Source of the DNA: a virus
Virus record (IMG/VR): IMGVR_UViG_3300050343_000185
Length of the DNA: 64,000 nt
Direction: 5' to 3' (one strand)
Shown here: piece by piece, positions 18,990-29,900 of the stretch
Position numbering within the stretch: position 1 is the first letter of the stretch
Layout of the letters: each line of letters begins with the position of its first letter
Translations under genes and position numbers: made by a program
The notes under the pieces: generated by a model
What the model saw: the letters and a program-made list of their open reading frames with translations, nothing else
Database searches by the model: none
Told to the model about the DNA's origin: nothing

Positions 18990-19199
18990 TCAAGCTACTC
19001 CAAAAAAGAAGTTGCCTGTGATGGCATATGACAGGAAACCAGCAATAATGCCAAGCATTGCCCAGCGACCGTTTGCTTTCTCTGCTTTCTCAGCATAGGA
19101 CTCATATCCATAACGCTCTGCGTCAGTCTTAGAGATATACATTTGAGGTTCTTTAGCAAACAAGTTTTGTTGTCCTTGTTCGTTGGTTGTAACGGTCAT
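18990..19199 (-). CDS. hli: high-light-inducible protein
   Basis: QNLFAKEP..AEKANGRWAMLG..ITGNFFFG. Confidence 0.95.
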   Translation of the reverse strand: MTVTTNEQGQQNLFAKEPQMYISKTDAERYGYESYAEKAEKANGRWAMLGIIAGFLSYAITGNFFFGVA

Positions 19200-19226
19200 G
19201 ATACGTTTCGTAATGAATCTTTACAT

Positions 19227-19255
19227 AGTATATAGTAATTCTTAAGATCTGTCAA
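19227..19255 (-). promoter_or_regulatory. sigma70 early promoter of the hli-petF operon
   Basis: TTGACA (19255-19250), 17 nt, TATACT (19232-19227). Confidence 0.85.
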
Positions 19256-19320
19256 GTGATGTGTGCCACTTTGAACATAGGCACACCAACTAAATATATC
19301 AGATCCAAATATTATACGTT

Positions 19321-19818
19321 ATGAAGAAATTACTTCCTATCGTTATGCTATTGATGACCGCTTCTGCTGCTCAAGCAGGTGGACTTGTATCAAAACACTC
19401 TTCGAGTGTTCAACTGACTGTTGATTCAGCTAGAACTCAGGCAACGTACGAATTGGTTCCTCATTTAGTATTGGTCAGGTTCTAATATTGATACCACAGA
19501 TGGAACAACTGCTGGTGCTGTATCTACTGGTACTATCACTAGTGGTATCTATTCTCCTGGCACTATTGGTGCTACTCAAGACACAGCTGGTGCTGCGTTC
19601 TCATTTAATCAGTCTTATACACAGGGTGATGCAATCCCAACTGCTGCTCCTACCGTAGGTGAAGTACCTAACTATGGATCAGTCCTTCTTATACTGCTGG
19701 TTCAGCAGGATCATTAGCTGGTACAGTAACTTCAGCTGGTGTTCTCACCGTGACGGCTGGTGGGGCTGGTACGACAGCAACAGGACAATTCGTAAGTGAG
19801 ATCACTGTCATTGACTGA
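19321..19818 (+). CDS. secreted Thr/Gly/Ser-rich protein, frameshifted
   Basis: Signal peptide MKKLLPIVMLLMTASAAQA; SSVQLTVD..AFSFNQSYTQGD..GTTATGQFVSEITVID; late box CTAAATA at 19290-19296. Confidence 0.65.
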
Positions 19819-19824
19819 GGTTAG

Positions 19825-20266
19825 ATGACAATGAATACTATGATTCGTTGGTCTGTGATGTGCGGTGGGTGCAAGTGTCACACTTGCTCCTGCCCTGGCG
19901 GTCCCCGTGGTCCCAAATTTCACTCAGGGATCCATGACAAGCCGAACGGAGACAACACAGAAAATAACTGAGACCATCAATTCGATGGACTATAACACTG
20001 GGTATCAGTATTCTGCTACTGGCACTGGTGTATCAGCATCTGGAAACCTATCACCAGGAACAGGTGCTACTAATGTAACTATTAATGGAGTGACTTCATC
20101 ATGGACTGGAGCAACAAACAAACCACAGTTCACACAAACAGTACCAGGAGCAGCGTTTCAGTTTACAGAAACTTATCGCGGACCTGGTTTAAGCAACCAA
20201 ACGATTATTCAAAGAGAAACCGACGTTATAAGCATAACCGATACCACAAGTATCTTCTCGCAGTAA
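19825..20266 (+). CDS. secreted protein (VPVVPNFTQGSMTS family)
   Basis: ALAVPVVPNFTQGSMTSRTET..GAAFQFTETYRGPG..TTSIFSQ. Confidence 0.7.
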
Positions 20267-21012
20267 CATTATTATTTGCTAATCCTTCTTATGCTGAAAC
20301 TGTTGGTGGTGTGTCTGCTACTGCTAATCCTGTGGCTAATAGTTCAGGCTCCGTTACAAACCAAGCTATTCAAGTCCTTCAGGGACCATACATTACAAAC
20401 ACCTACGGTGGAGGTATACAATGTCAAGGTCCCACTCGCAATTTCACTCCGTATGTAACAGGTAGTGTCTCTGCTTCCAAACCATTTGAAGGTTATTATG
20501 ATGACCCAGTATATGATGTAACCGATAACTTTGGTGCCTACGATGCTGACGGGAATCCAATGGGAGATGGTATCTTAGATAATCCTGGTGATGTAAGTTT
20601 CTACAAAAGAACTAGGACAGGACAGAAAGATAACTATAGTTTAGGTGTAGGTTTCTCTATGACATGGAGCACACCTACAGATAAAAAGTTACAAGATCTT
20701 TGTAAAGAAGCAGCAACTTCTAACATCGCAATGATGAAACAACTGACTGCTAATAAAAGATTAGACTTTGAGATTGCTCGCCTTAAGAATTGTGGTGAGT
20801 TAAAGTTAAAAGGAATTCAATTCCACCCCAAGTCACCATACTATTCTGTATGTGCTGATGTCTTAGTAAACAACCCACCAGGACATAAGCATCCACACTA
20901 CCACAATATCCCTAGCGTTTCTTCTTCCTCCTCGGGAAGACAGAGCGAAGCTCCTTCACAGCATGATTCATCTGACGCTGCTCTGCTAGGCGCTCCCCTA
21001 CAGACAAAATAG
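20101..21012 (+). CDS. secreted/exported conserved cyanophage protein (true start probably near 20240)
   Basis: LLAVTLLFANPSYAE signal; ANPVANSSGSVTNQAIQVLQGP..CQGPT..LDFEIARLKNCG..C.DV. Confidence 0.7.
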   Translation: MDWSNKQTTVHTNSTRSSVSVYRNLSRTWFKQPNDYSKRNRRYKHNRYHKYLLAVTLLFANPSYAETVGGVSATANPVANSSGSVTNQAIQVLQGPYITNTYGGGIQCQGPTRNFTPYVTGSVSASKPFEGYYDDPVYDVTDNFGAYDADGNPMGDGILDNPGDVSFYKRTRTGQKDNYSLGVGFSMTWSTPTDKKLQDLCKEAATSNIAMMKQLTANKRLDFEIARLKNCGELKLKGIQFHPKSPYYSVCADVLVNNPPGHKHPHYHNIPSVSSSSSGRQSEAPSQHDSSDAALLGAPLQTK

Positions 21013-21732
21013 GAGGTTTCTTACCGCGTAAGGTAGCAATCTTTTTCATAACTTTCTTAACCGCTGGTTTGACTGCTTTCAATAGTAGATCTGCCAGCGG
21101 TTTTGCTAATAGTGCTGATGATGTAGCGATGACAGCAATACCACCTACCTGCATAACCTGTCCACCACTAGGTAGACCAGCAAGAATTTGTGTGGGTAGA
21201 GGAACTGCTTCTGTTATCTGAACACATGTCTTATCAATGAGTTTATAACCAACAACTTCTCTTTCTAAATCCTTCTACTAATGTTCCTACAGGTTCCTGT
21301 GCTTGCTGTACCTTAGTAGGACATTCTATTTTGGCAGTAGGTGGTGGAGGTGGGGGTGGTGTATCTGTTTTTGTTTCTGGTGGTGTAGGTTTATCTGGTG
21401 TTCTGTTATCCACCTGAGGTGGACCAGTCATAATCATCTGGTTTGGTTCATAAGAAATAGGATTAAAATTGGGAACACCAGAATCGCAAAACGTAACCAC
21501 ACCATTAGGATCATCCTCTCTTAATTGATTATTTTTAGCAGTATTAGTTTCAGTCGCCTCAACACATCCTGGTATATTAACCACAGGCACACCAATGTTT
21601 ACAACTACTGGAGCTGCTAGTGGTAGTGATGTTGAAGTGTTATTAAAGTCATAGGTGCGTATAGTATTAATTTGAATATCTTTAATACTGTAATGATATC
21701 ATTAGTCCACCTGTAATAATAGGTATATCCAT
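20912..21732 (-). CDS. Pro-rich membrane-anchored conserved hypothetical protein, frameshifted
   Basis: VPVVNIPGCVE..C..G.PNFNPI.YEP..PPPPPP..CP + TSSALLAKPLADLLLK.VKP in consecutive ORFs. Confidence 0.6.
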
Positions 21733-22308
21733 TAGCAATCATTAAATACGCTTCCAGTTAGCACTTGTGAACCGTAGTGTTGACCCTGCTTTCTGTCCTA
21801 GAAGCAGAGCCCAACCACCTGCTAACCAACCCACGTAAGGGATGCTAGCGACCGCTGGAACGGCGAGACCAGCAGCTATGCTAGTTCCTGCCATCGCACC
21901 TTGTGATCGTGCTCCAGCGTCCGCGATCAAACACTCTACTTCTTTCGCAGACTTTCCCTGCTCGTCTGTTGCACCTCCTAGGTTCCTAGTACCCTCACGG
22001 GTGAACTGATCTGTACGCCATTCACGGCGACTCTCTGTGCCACCACCGAAGAATCCTTTCTTGGTAACATCAGAAGATAAAGATCTTTGTGATTCTAAAA
22101 CCTTAGGATCGTCAGCACGGAATTCAATTTCATAACCATCCTTACCTGCCTTAATCCTATAAGAAGAGTAAGGACCACGGGGGATGTGAAATGTAGGAGG
22201 TTGGAGCACAGGTTCAGGTTCCTGCCTGAAAACATATCCAAGCAGACCTATGTGTGCTACAACAAATACTCCACCAACTGAAGCGGCGACGATCTTAAGT
22301 TTATTCAT
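21732..22308 (-). CDS. membrane-associated conserved cyanophage protein
   Basis: YSSY...AGKDGYEIEFRADDPK..EC...AGARSQGAM.G..PYVGWLAGGWA.LLGQ. Confidence 0.7.
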
Positions 22309-22310
22309 GG

Positions 22311-22550
22311 TTAGAATGGCATAGTGGGACTAGGCACAGCAGGACCAGTAATCTCAGGGACACCTGGAACAGCAGCATCTACCAGTGATGGTAGTGCTTC
22401 TGTAATTGCTTCAGTGATAGCAGCAGTTACTCTCTCCCTTGATTGCTCGATTAATGTATCCTTTTGAACGTAAAGATAAGCACCACCCCCTAAGACAGCT
22501 AAAGAAACTAAACCAGATAACAACGCGACACCATTAATCAATTTTTGCAT
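22311..22550 (-). CDS. small single-TM protein
   Basis: MQKLINGVALLSGLVSLAVLGGGAYLY; Pro-rich C-terminus. Confidence 0.65.
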   Translation of the reverse strand: MQKLINGVALLSGLVSLAVLGGGAYLYVQKDTLIEQSRERVTAAITEAITEALPSLVDAAVPGVPEITGPAVPSPTMPF

Positions 22551-22818
22551 CTTTCTTCTCCAATGTAGGTGCTTGCTTTGATTCATCCTTCTTCTTAGAA
22601 GGCATGACCCCGAACGTAGCTAAAGTTCCAGTAAAAACACTGGCGATAAAAGTTGGATCGATATTTTTCTGAGGAACACCAGGAACAGTTACATAATTAA
22701 GAGTCAGAATTGCTGCTGACCAACCAAGAATAATAACTCGGACGAGAGTTGATACACCCTCATCCGCCCACTCAAATTTGTTTTCCTTTTTGGCTTCCTC
22801 TTTCTTTGGATTATCCAT
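22534..22818 (-). CDS. two-TM membrane protein (holin-like size)
   Basis: STLVRVIILGWSAAILTLNY..IDPTFIASVFTGTLATFGV; late box GATAAATA upstream. Confidence 0.65.
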   Translation of the reverse strand: MDNPKKEEAKKENKFEWADEGVSTLVRVIILGWSAAILTLNYVTVPGVPQKNIDPTFIASVFTGTLATFGVMPSKKKDESKQAPTLEKKDAKID

Positions 22819-22845
22819 AAGTAAAGAGTTAGGCTCTTCTATTTA

Positions 22846-23364
22846 TCAAAACCATGCCATATTACCAGCAACTGATACTCTAGGTTCATCAGTTCCATAA
22901 AAAGGATATACATACTCAAATTGAAAACATGATACACATTGACTAGTAGTTTTACTAGCGAAGGGTAACTGCAACTGATCTCTAGTATCAACAGGCATCT
23001 TCAACCATATGACAAAAGAGAATGCACCGAAGTGTACGTGTGATGGATTGAACTCAGTTTGATACTGCCAGTTCACCCAGAGATCATGTAGTTGTAAACT
23101 TGCGTCATCAGATATCCTACTAACCATTTGATTTGGTTTGTAATTAAACTGTTCGCGATACTCACTCGTTACGTTATCCATAAACGAACGAAACATATCA
23201 GTAGGATCCATCTCCAAACTACTAGAGATGTTACCTGCTAATTTATCTTTGGCATCCACCTTTGCGAGATCAACCATACTCCACACATCTTTCATGATGT
23301 CTTGTGGCACACGAACTTCTAACCACCCATCTCTGATAGGTATGATAGGTCTAGATTCAAACAT
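22846..23364 (-). CDS. 2OG-Fe(II) oxygenase-like protein with apparent internal deletion
   Basis: WVNWQYQTEFNPSHVH.G.FSFVIWLKMP and VYPFY..RVSVAGN; no distal His-bearing segment. Confidence 0.7.
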   Translation of the reverse strand: MFESRPIIPIRDGWLEVRVPQDIMKDVWSMVDLAKVDAKDKLAGNISSSLEMDPTDMFRSFMDNVTSEYREQFNYKPNQMVSRISDDASLQLHDLWVNWQYQTEFNPSHVHFGAFSFVIWLKMPVDTRDQLQLPFASKTTSQCVSCFQFEYVYPFYGTDEPRVSVAGNMAWF

Positions 23365-23407
23365 AATAAAGAATAGTTGGTTATATTATAGCAGAGATGC
23401 TTGATAT

Positions 23408-25048
23408 TTAGAATATATTTTGACCGCCACCACCAATAATAGTAACGAAAACGCCAACATCACTGTCTTTGTTAACAACAAGGCTGTTACCGCTAACAGT
23501 AACGTTAAATGTTGAGATACCTGATCCTGCGTAGGCGGGAACAATTGTTTGATGAATTACAGAGTTACCGCCACGAGGCATGTGCCAGTACAATAAACAT
23601 CCTCCCCAGTGTTGCAAACTACCAGTCCCACCGAGGCTTATGTTAATTAAAGCTGTATTGTTATCTCCCATTCCCATATTTGTAGATGTAAATGTTTCAC
23701 TGGTATTGCCAGTACCTCGTGCAATTTGTCTTAAAATATTATTCGATCCTTGATAATTTCCAGTTTGGATTTCACCTTTTGAAGTTATACGAAATCTTTC
23801 TTTTAAAGAAGAGTTATCATTTCCACCTGGAAAACTACCAATAACAAATGAACCACCAGCACTGTTGGTGTTTTCATTTATTGCTCTGAGAACCACACTT
23901 GGTCTACTAGTTTCATTAGCATTACCAAAAGTATTAAGACCAGCTCCAGCACCACTCCATAACTGGAATGCGATCTCAGCATAATCACCAGTAGTAGAAC
24001 TTTTATTTAATTTTAAATTGAGAGTGAGGGGACTTGTAGTAGATTGTAAGTCAATCGGGTATGCACTCCTACTATTCCCAATGCCAACATTACCATCAGA
24101 AGTTATACGAAGTTTTTCATCAGATATCGCCACTCCATCAGCATCATTAGTTGATCTAAATGCAAAGATCATATCAAGATCATTGTAAGAATCTTGCCTC
24201 TGAACAAAGATACCTGCTTTTGAATAATCACCAGTGCTACCACCAGCAACAGTAAATTTGATTCCAACACTACTTGAATTATTAGTGGATCCAGTTGATG
24301 CTAGCATCATTGTAGGATCTGTACCCCACAATAAAAGGTTTGGAGAACCATGATTAGTTGGTGTTCTTTCACCTTGTGCAATACGACCAGAACCATCTAT
24401 ACGAAGTGTTTCTGCTGTCCCACCACTAGCAAAACGAATGTCTCCAACACGATGCCTGAAGTTAAGATGATCTTGACGATACTGAATCTCTCCTAAGTTT
24501 GTGGTTCCATCTGCTTCATAAAAACTTATCGCACTAATATCATCCGCTGCTCTACCGTAACAAACAATATTCTGCGCTTGAGAATCAGCAGCAACTTGTA
24601 TTGGGTGAGTTTGTGATGTTGAAGTTAGTGCTGCTTGTCCTGATTTTAATAACCGACCAGAACCGTCCAGGCGCATCTTTTCACTACCACCAATCTCAAA
24701 AGCAAGTGGGTCACCTGCTGTAACATCCAATACTGGACCAAAGGTATCAAATCTTATATTTAATTTGTTATTAGTTGCTCCTTCAAAAGTTGAAACAAGT
24801 GATCCGTCATTTGCTCCAGATTTAGCATGGAAAATGGCAATTGGTGTGACCTGATTGACACCAACCTTACCTCCAGTCCAAAGTAATTCATTGCCAGCAG
24901 TAATCTCTAAACTATTGCTACCTTCAATCAATCTATCAGTAGGAGTAACACCCAGTCCAATCCACTTAGAACCATCATAGGTGTAAGTGATAGATCCTAC
25001 AGTAAAAGTATCATTGTTACTAGGACTTGCTGGAAATACAATTGCCAT
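23408..25048 (-). CDS. tail fibre / receptor-binding-like protein
   Basis: MAIVFPASP..TYTYDGSKW N-terminus; repeated EKMRLDGSG/ETLRIDGSG/EKLRITSDGNVGIG fibre repeats. Confidence 0.75.
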   Translation of the reverse strand: MAIVFPASPSNNDTFTVGSITYTYDGSKWIGLGVTPTDRLIEGSNSLEITAGNELLWTGGKVGVNQVTPIAIFHAKSGANDGSLVSTFEGATNNKLNIRFDTFGPVLDVTAGDPLAFEIGGSEKMRLDGSGRLLKSGQAALTSTSQTHPIQVAADSQAQNIVCYGRAADDISAISFYEADGTTNLGEIQYRQDHLNFRHRVGDIRFASGGTAETLRIDGSGRIAQGERTPTNHGSPNLLLWGTDPTMMLASTGSTNNSSSVGIKFTVAGGSTGDYSKAGIFVQRQDSYNDLDMIFAFRSTNDADGVAISDEKLRITSDGNVGIGNSRSAYPIDLQSTTSPLTLNLKLNKSSTTGDYAEIAFQLWSGAGAGLNTFGNANETSRPSVVLRAINENTNSAGGSFVIGSFPGGNDNSSLKERFRITSKGEIQTGNYQGSNNILRQIARGTGNTSETFTSTNMGMGDNNTALINISLGGTGSLQHWGGCLLYWHMPRGGNSVIHQTIVPAYAGSGISTFNVTVSGNSLVVNKDSDVGVFVTIIGGGGQNIF

Positions 25049-25087
25049 TTGATTTTAGATTAGAGATACCCTGATGTATTTATCCAA

Positions 25088-25624
25088 TCAATATGATACT
25101 AACATTCCACTATATTGAGTATACTTTCCATCACTATCAAAATAATGATTACCGCCATTATTGTAAGATCTAAAAGTAACTTTATCTCCAGCAACCAAAG
25201 GAATTAATGCAGTAAAAGTTTTATGTCTCCAACTTTGACCGTTACCATAAGTTTCATACGCTCTAATATATTCTGTCGCATTAACATAATACTGATTAAC
25301 AATTACACTATTAGAACCTGAAAGACCTTGTGTTCTCATGTTAGAGGTAAAAGTAAAATAATATAGTCCACCAATAGGAGCTGTGTACTCTCCTGTTGCA
25401 GTGCTGTATGCACCATAATTGTCATACTTTACATCTTCTGGTATGATAATAGTACCAGGACTACTGTTGTCCGTGATTATAGAATTCTGACCACCTTGGT
25501 CATTATCGTTGTTTAATTGAACAACAAACGCAGGAACTTTAGATGGTTTGTCTAGAAAAGCTTGCTCACCAAGGAATTGGTTAAGTGGAATATCCTGTGG
25601 TCCTGTTCCGATATTAGTAGTCAT
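25088..25624 (-). CDS. C1q/TNF-like domain fibre-tip protein
   Basis: PAFVV..Y.TATGEYTAPIGGLYYFTF..L.AGDKV..YSGMLV: C1q-type pattern. Confidence 0.6.
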   Translation of the reverse strand: MTTNIGTGPQDIPLNQFLGEQAFLDKPSKVPAFVVQLNNDNDQGGQNSIITDNSSPGTIIIPEDVKYDNYGAYSTATGEYTAPIGGLYYFTFTSNMRTQGLSGSNSVIVNQYYVNATEYIRAYETYGNGQSWRHKTFTALIPLVAGDKVTFRSYNNGGNHYFDSDGKYTQYSGMLVSY

Positions 25625-25628
25625 TGTT

Positions 25629-26903
25629 CTAAGAAGTAAGTAGTTGAAGTTGAGCGTTGGTGAGACGCTTGGGATAATATTTAAATTGTCTAATGTGTCC
25701 GCTAGTCATACCATCAGAATAATATTCTCCAAATCTTACTCTATCAATACTAGTAGATAATGTTCCACTATTATCAGTTAAAGGAGTTGTTCCGTTAACA
25801 ACTGAAGCAAGATCATCTGTTTTATATGCAAATGCTTGTCTAAACTCGGAATTAACAGTTACTCCAACACTATGATCTTTGAATGTAGCTGTAGCACCAT
25901 TACCTTGATACCAACCACCAAGATTTCCAGAAGCTCCTCCACCAACTCTATATCCTAACGCAATTAAATCTGTAGATTGACTTGATGTATTTTCAAATAC
26001 TACTGCAGATTGATTAGATACAGGAAGATAACCAATGTCTGCAGACAATACCAATGTTCCTTCACTTTGGTTATAAAAATCAGTGAAGTTTGTTCCTGTA
26101 ATGAGTGGAGTATCTTGGGCACGAGTCGCTGCGGTTCCGCTGGTGGGAATGTAAGAGGTTGGGAAAGCACCCTGTTCCATTTGTGCTCCCGCAACAATAC
26201 AATAATCACTGGCTCCACCAGAAGGAGCTAAGTAAAATCTGGCAGTAGTAGTAACTGATCCAATATAGTTAGCTTTTAAAATCAATCTATAAATTCCACC
26301 GCCACAATCAATAAATTCCTGACTTCCACTATTATAGTTAGAACCATTAATACTAAAACTTTCAGTAGGGACTGGAACACCTGTCGATATATTCCAAGTA
26401 TGATTAATATAACCAGAACCAAATAAAAATAATGTTATTGTATCTGAAGTAGAATTTACGGCATCAACATAGATCGACATACACATTGAGATTGAAGATC
26501 CTGTGCCAAAATTAGAACACCCCAGATAAGGACTATCACCATCACTAGGACTATCTGCCACTCTTGTCGTTGCCAATCCTTTAATTGGATAAGTTGTTTC
26601 GTTAACAGCAGAAGCAACCACATTCCAAGAACTATTGTTAGTACTATTATTAACAAGGTTTGTTCTTGACTCCTCAATCAACAATCCTAAACTCTCTAAA
26701 GTTAATGGATCATGATCGAAGCGTGCTTCATCATTACCAGCAGTTTTAAATTGTCCATTCCCATCAACATAAGTTCCAACAGATGCTCTCGTAAATGTAA
26801 TACGAGGATCTAAAGCACGAGATCCAGCAAAATTTAAATTCAATGATGGTCGAATTGACGGGTAATCATCCGACAACTCAATACTAGATGTGAATAATGG
26901 CAT
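25629..26903 (-). CDS. structural protein with concanavalin/LamG-like C-terminus
   Basis: PSLNLNFA..RITFTRAS..ARFDHDP..GLLIEESRTNL..AFPTSYIPT..YYPKRLTNAQLQ.LT. Confidence 0.65.
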   Translation of the reverse strand: MPLFTSSIELSDDYPSIRPSLNLNFAGSRALDPRITFTRASVGTYVDGNGQFKTAGNDEARFDHDPLTLESLGLLIEESRTNLVNNSTNNSSWNVVASAVNETTYPIKGLATTRVADSPSDGDSPYLGCSNFGTGSSISMCMSIYVDAVNSTSDTITLFLFGSGYINHTWNISTGVPVPTESFSINGSNYNSGSQEFIDCGGGIYRLILKANYIGSVTTTARFYLAPSGGASDYCIVAGAQMEQGAFPTSYIPTSGTAATRAQDTPLITGTNFTDFYNQSEGTLVLSADIGYLPVSNQSAVVFENTSSQSTDLIALGYRVGGGASGNLGGWYQGNGATATFKDHSVGVTVNSEFRQAFAYKTDDLASVVNGTTPLTDNSGTLSTSIDRVRFGEYYSDGMTSGHIRQFKYYPKRLTNAQLQLLTS

Positions 26904-26906
26904 TTA

Positions 26907-29900
26907 CTAAACCTCTGTAAGATTGAACTTATATGTCTTACCGTTCCTTCTATTTATTAGGAACAGGTCATCTTCACCCTCTTGAATTGTGTACTGACCC
27001 CAGGTTCCATCTACCTCGTTAGCAGCACCCTCGTTAGATAGTTGAAGGTCAGCAGAGTAGATGTTCGCCCAACGATTAGTTGCTGAACCTAGGTCGTAAG
27101 TATCATCAGCATGAGGTAGAGTATGACCGTTGCTATCAATTCTCAATCTTGTAGTAGCGCCAGTCGCAAATGACATATCACCTACATCTTCATTGTAAAT
27201 TGTAAAATTATTTGCATTCTTTTCAATGAATGCTTTGAGAGTTGATGTGCTTTAACATCGAGAGATTAGAAATTTCAACAAGGTGATGTAGTGCCATTTA
27301 CCCGATGATATTTCCTGAATCCTAACATAGACCCAACAAGATTATTTGATATCTGGGTTTGAATTAAATGTAGAAGTTCCATCAACAGTTAGTGTGCCAT
27401 CAACAGTTAGATCAGTTGGCAATCCATACGGCGAGGAATCAACCCACTGAGATGTAGCTCCATCGTTATAGTATACAAACAAACGACCATCATCAGAATC
27501 ATACCAAAGATCTCCAGGGTTAGGAGCAGAAGGAGCAGTGGTTGAAATAATAGCTCCACCACCAATGTTACCCCAAGCAGATCCATCATATACTTCAGTA
27601 GAACCAGTCGTGGTATTCCACCTAAGCATACCAGTTTCAGCAGAACTATCACGTTCAGCAGTAGTACCATTTGGAACTTTAAGTGATCCAGTTCCAGTAA
27701 ACGCAAACGATGGAGCACCACAACTGGTTACTGCACTACCAAGTGCGTAAGGTGTTCCAGCATTACCTAAATCAATTTGACCTTGACCGCCACCATTAGT
27801 AGGTCCAATGACTTTACTTGTATCACTAGCAATCAAAATACCATTTACATAATAGTTCTTGCTAGATGCAAGATCCATATGCTCAGAAGATAACCAAGTG
27901 TTGTAAGTTACACCACCATCAGTTCCTTTCCAAAGGAATGTCTTATCAGTTAATCCCTTGACAATAAGACCACCATCTTCAGCCGCAGAATCAGAAGGAC
28001 CAATAGCACTAAAGGTAACAGCACCAGAACCAGTTACATTGTTTGTAAGTACAGCAGAGTTGCCAGTAATAGAAAGAATTGTTGTGCCGCCAGGAACTGT
28101 GATGCCTGCTGTGTTAGATATGACTTCCATACCAGGAATCAATCCTAGTGTGGGAGCAACGTTTGCAATATTTGCGCTGCCATCAGTTGTGTTAGCAGTA
28201 AACTGTGTACTGACAACTGCTGCCAACTCAATGTTTTTATCAGTAATCTGAATAATATTTGACTTGATCGTGGTGGTGACACCATTAACTGTTAGGTTAC
28301 CTTTAACAACAGCATCACCATCTACTGTTAGATCATTGTTTAAAGTAATATCATAGTTAGAATCACCACGAATCCATGCTTGACCACCAGAACCAATAAC
28401 TAATTGGTTGTCTCCCGAAACATCCAATGGTCTGAATGTTACATCAGAAGAATTCTCATTATATGCAGGACCAATAAGGACATTGTTACTTCCTAATACA
28501 TCAAAACCTGCGTAGTGTCCGATACAAACATTGGAATTACCCGTTTGATTTGACTCCAATACATTATTACCAACACCAATATTTCTACTGCCAGAAAGAT
28601 TAACAAGCAATACATCTTTACCAACACCAACGTTGTTACTTCCAACACCATTTACTCTTAATACTCTATGACCTACTGCAGTGTTAGAAGCACCAGCATT
28701 ATTTGTAAACAGTGATTGATATCCAAATGCCGTGTTCTGAGAACCAGAAGAGTTTGATTGTAATGCTTGTACACCAACACGAGTGTTTGTATTAACAGCA
28801 CCGCCGCCACGACCAACGCTCATTGCATCTACATCGGTTCCACGAATTAGAATGTCAGCACTCTCAGAATTAACAACACCATTAAATGTAATGGTATCAT
28901 TTGTATTAACACCAACTGTTAGATCTTTGGTGACTACTAAATCATGATTGATTGTTGTCGTGCCAGTAGCAGCACCCATTGTAATACTACCTGCTGCTCC
29001 ACCAAATTGAATGCTAGTAGCACCAGAATTAAGTAGATTAAAACCAGTAGAGGTAGTAGTGATACCTGTAAGAATTGTTGGGTTGGTTTGGAACACCAGT
29101 TTATCCAAACCCGTCGTGTCTGTAATTAAACCACGCATCTGTGTGGATGTGGTTGATGCAAACGTTGCTAATGTGTCTGATGTATAAGCAACGTTACCAC
29201 CTTGCCTAAAGTTTGCTGTGATAGATCCATTAGAATTATCAGAAGTTAATAATAAAGATTCATCCACATCAAATACTTTTGTGGAAGCAATATCAATACT
29301 AGCAGATGCTGTAGATACAATCTCCAGACCGTTAACTGATGTAGCAGTAGCTGCTCCAAGGGTAGGTGCGGTAAGAGTTGGAGAAGTTAAAGTTTTGTTT
29401 GTAAGAACTTGTGTCTCATTTTCTGTTACAAATCTATTGTCAACAGATCCATCAAAAGATCTCCAATATCCACCAGCATTATACCATTGAATAGATTGAT
29501 AGGTTGTTACAGATCCATTAACATCAGATGTTAGGTTAACCTGAACGCCGCCATCATTAGCAACTAGACTATCACCTTTTCTAAGTTCAATAATATTATC
29601 TTCTACTACCAAGGTAGTAGTGTTCAGAGTTGTTTGAGTTCCATCAACAACCAAGTCACCACCAATAGTAACAGTAGAACCATTGTCAGTAATCAAACTA
29701 TTAGCTAACTGACTGTTACCAGCATCCCATTTAACTACTGTATTACCACTGAAGTTAGCAGCATTTTTTAATTGGAAATCTGCGCCAGATAATATGACAC
29801 CATTAGATGCAGTAAGAGAAGCACCTGTATCAGAGTTAATAGAACTAATAGTTAGTGTAGTTACACCTGCTGCGGTTGCTTGACTAACACTAGTAGCACC

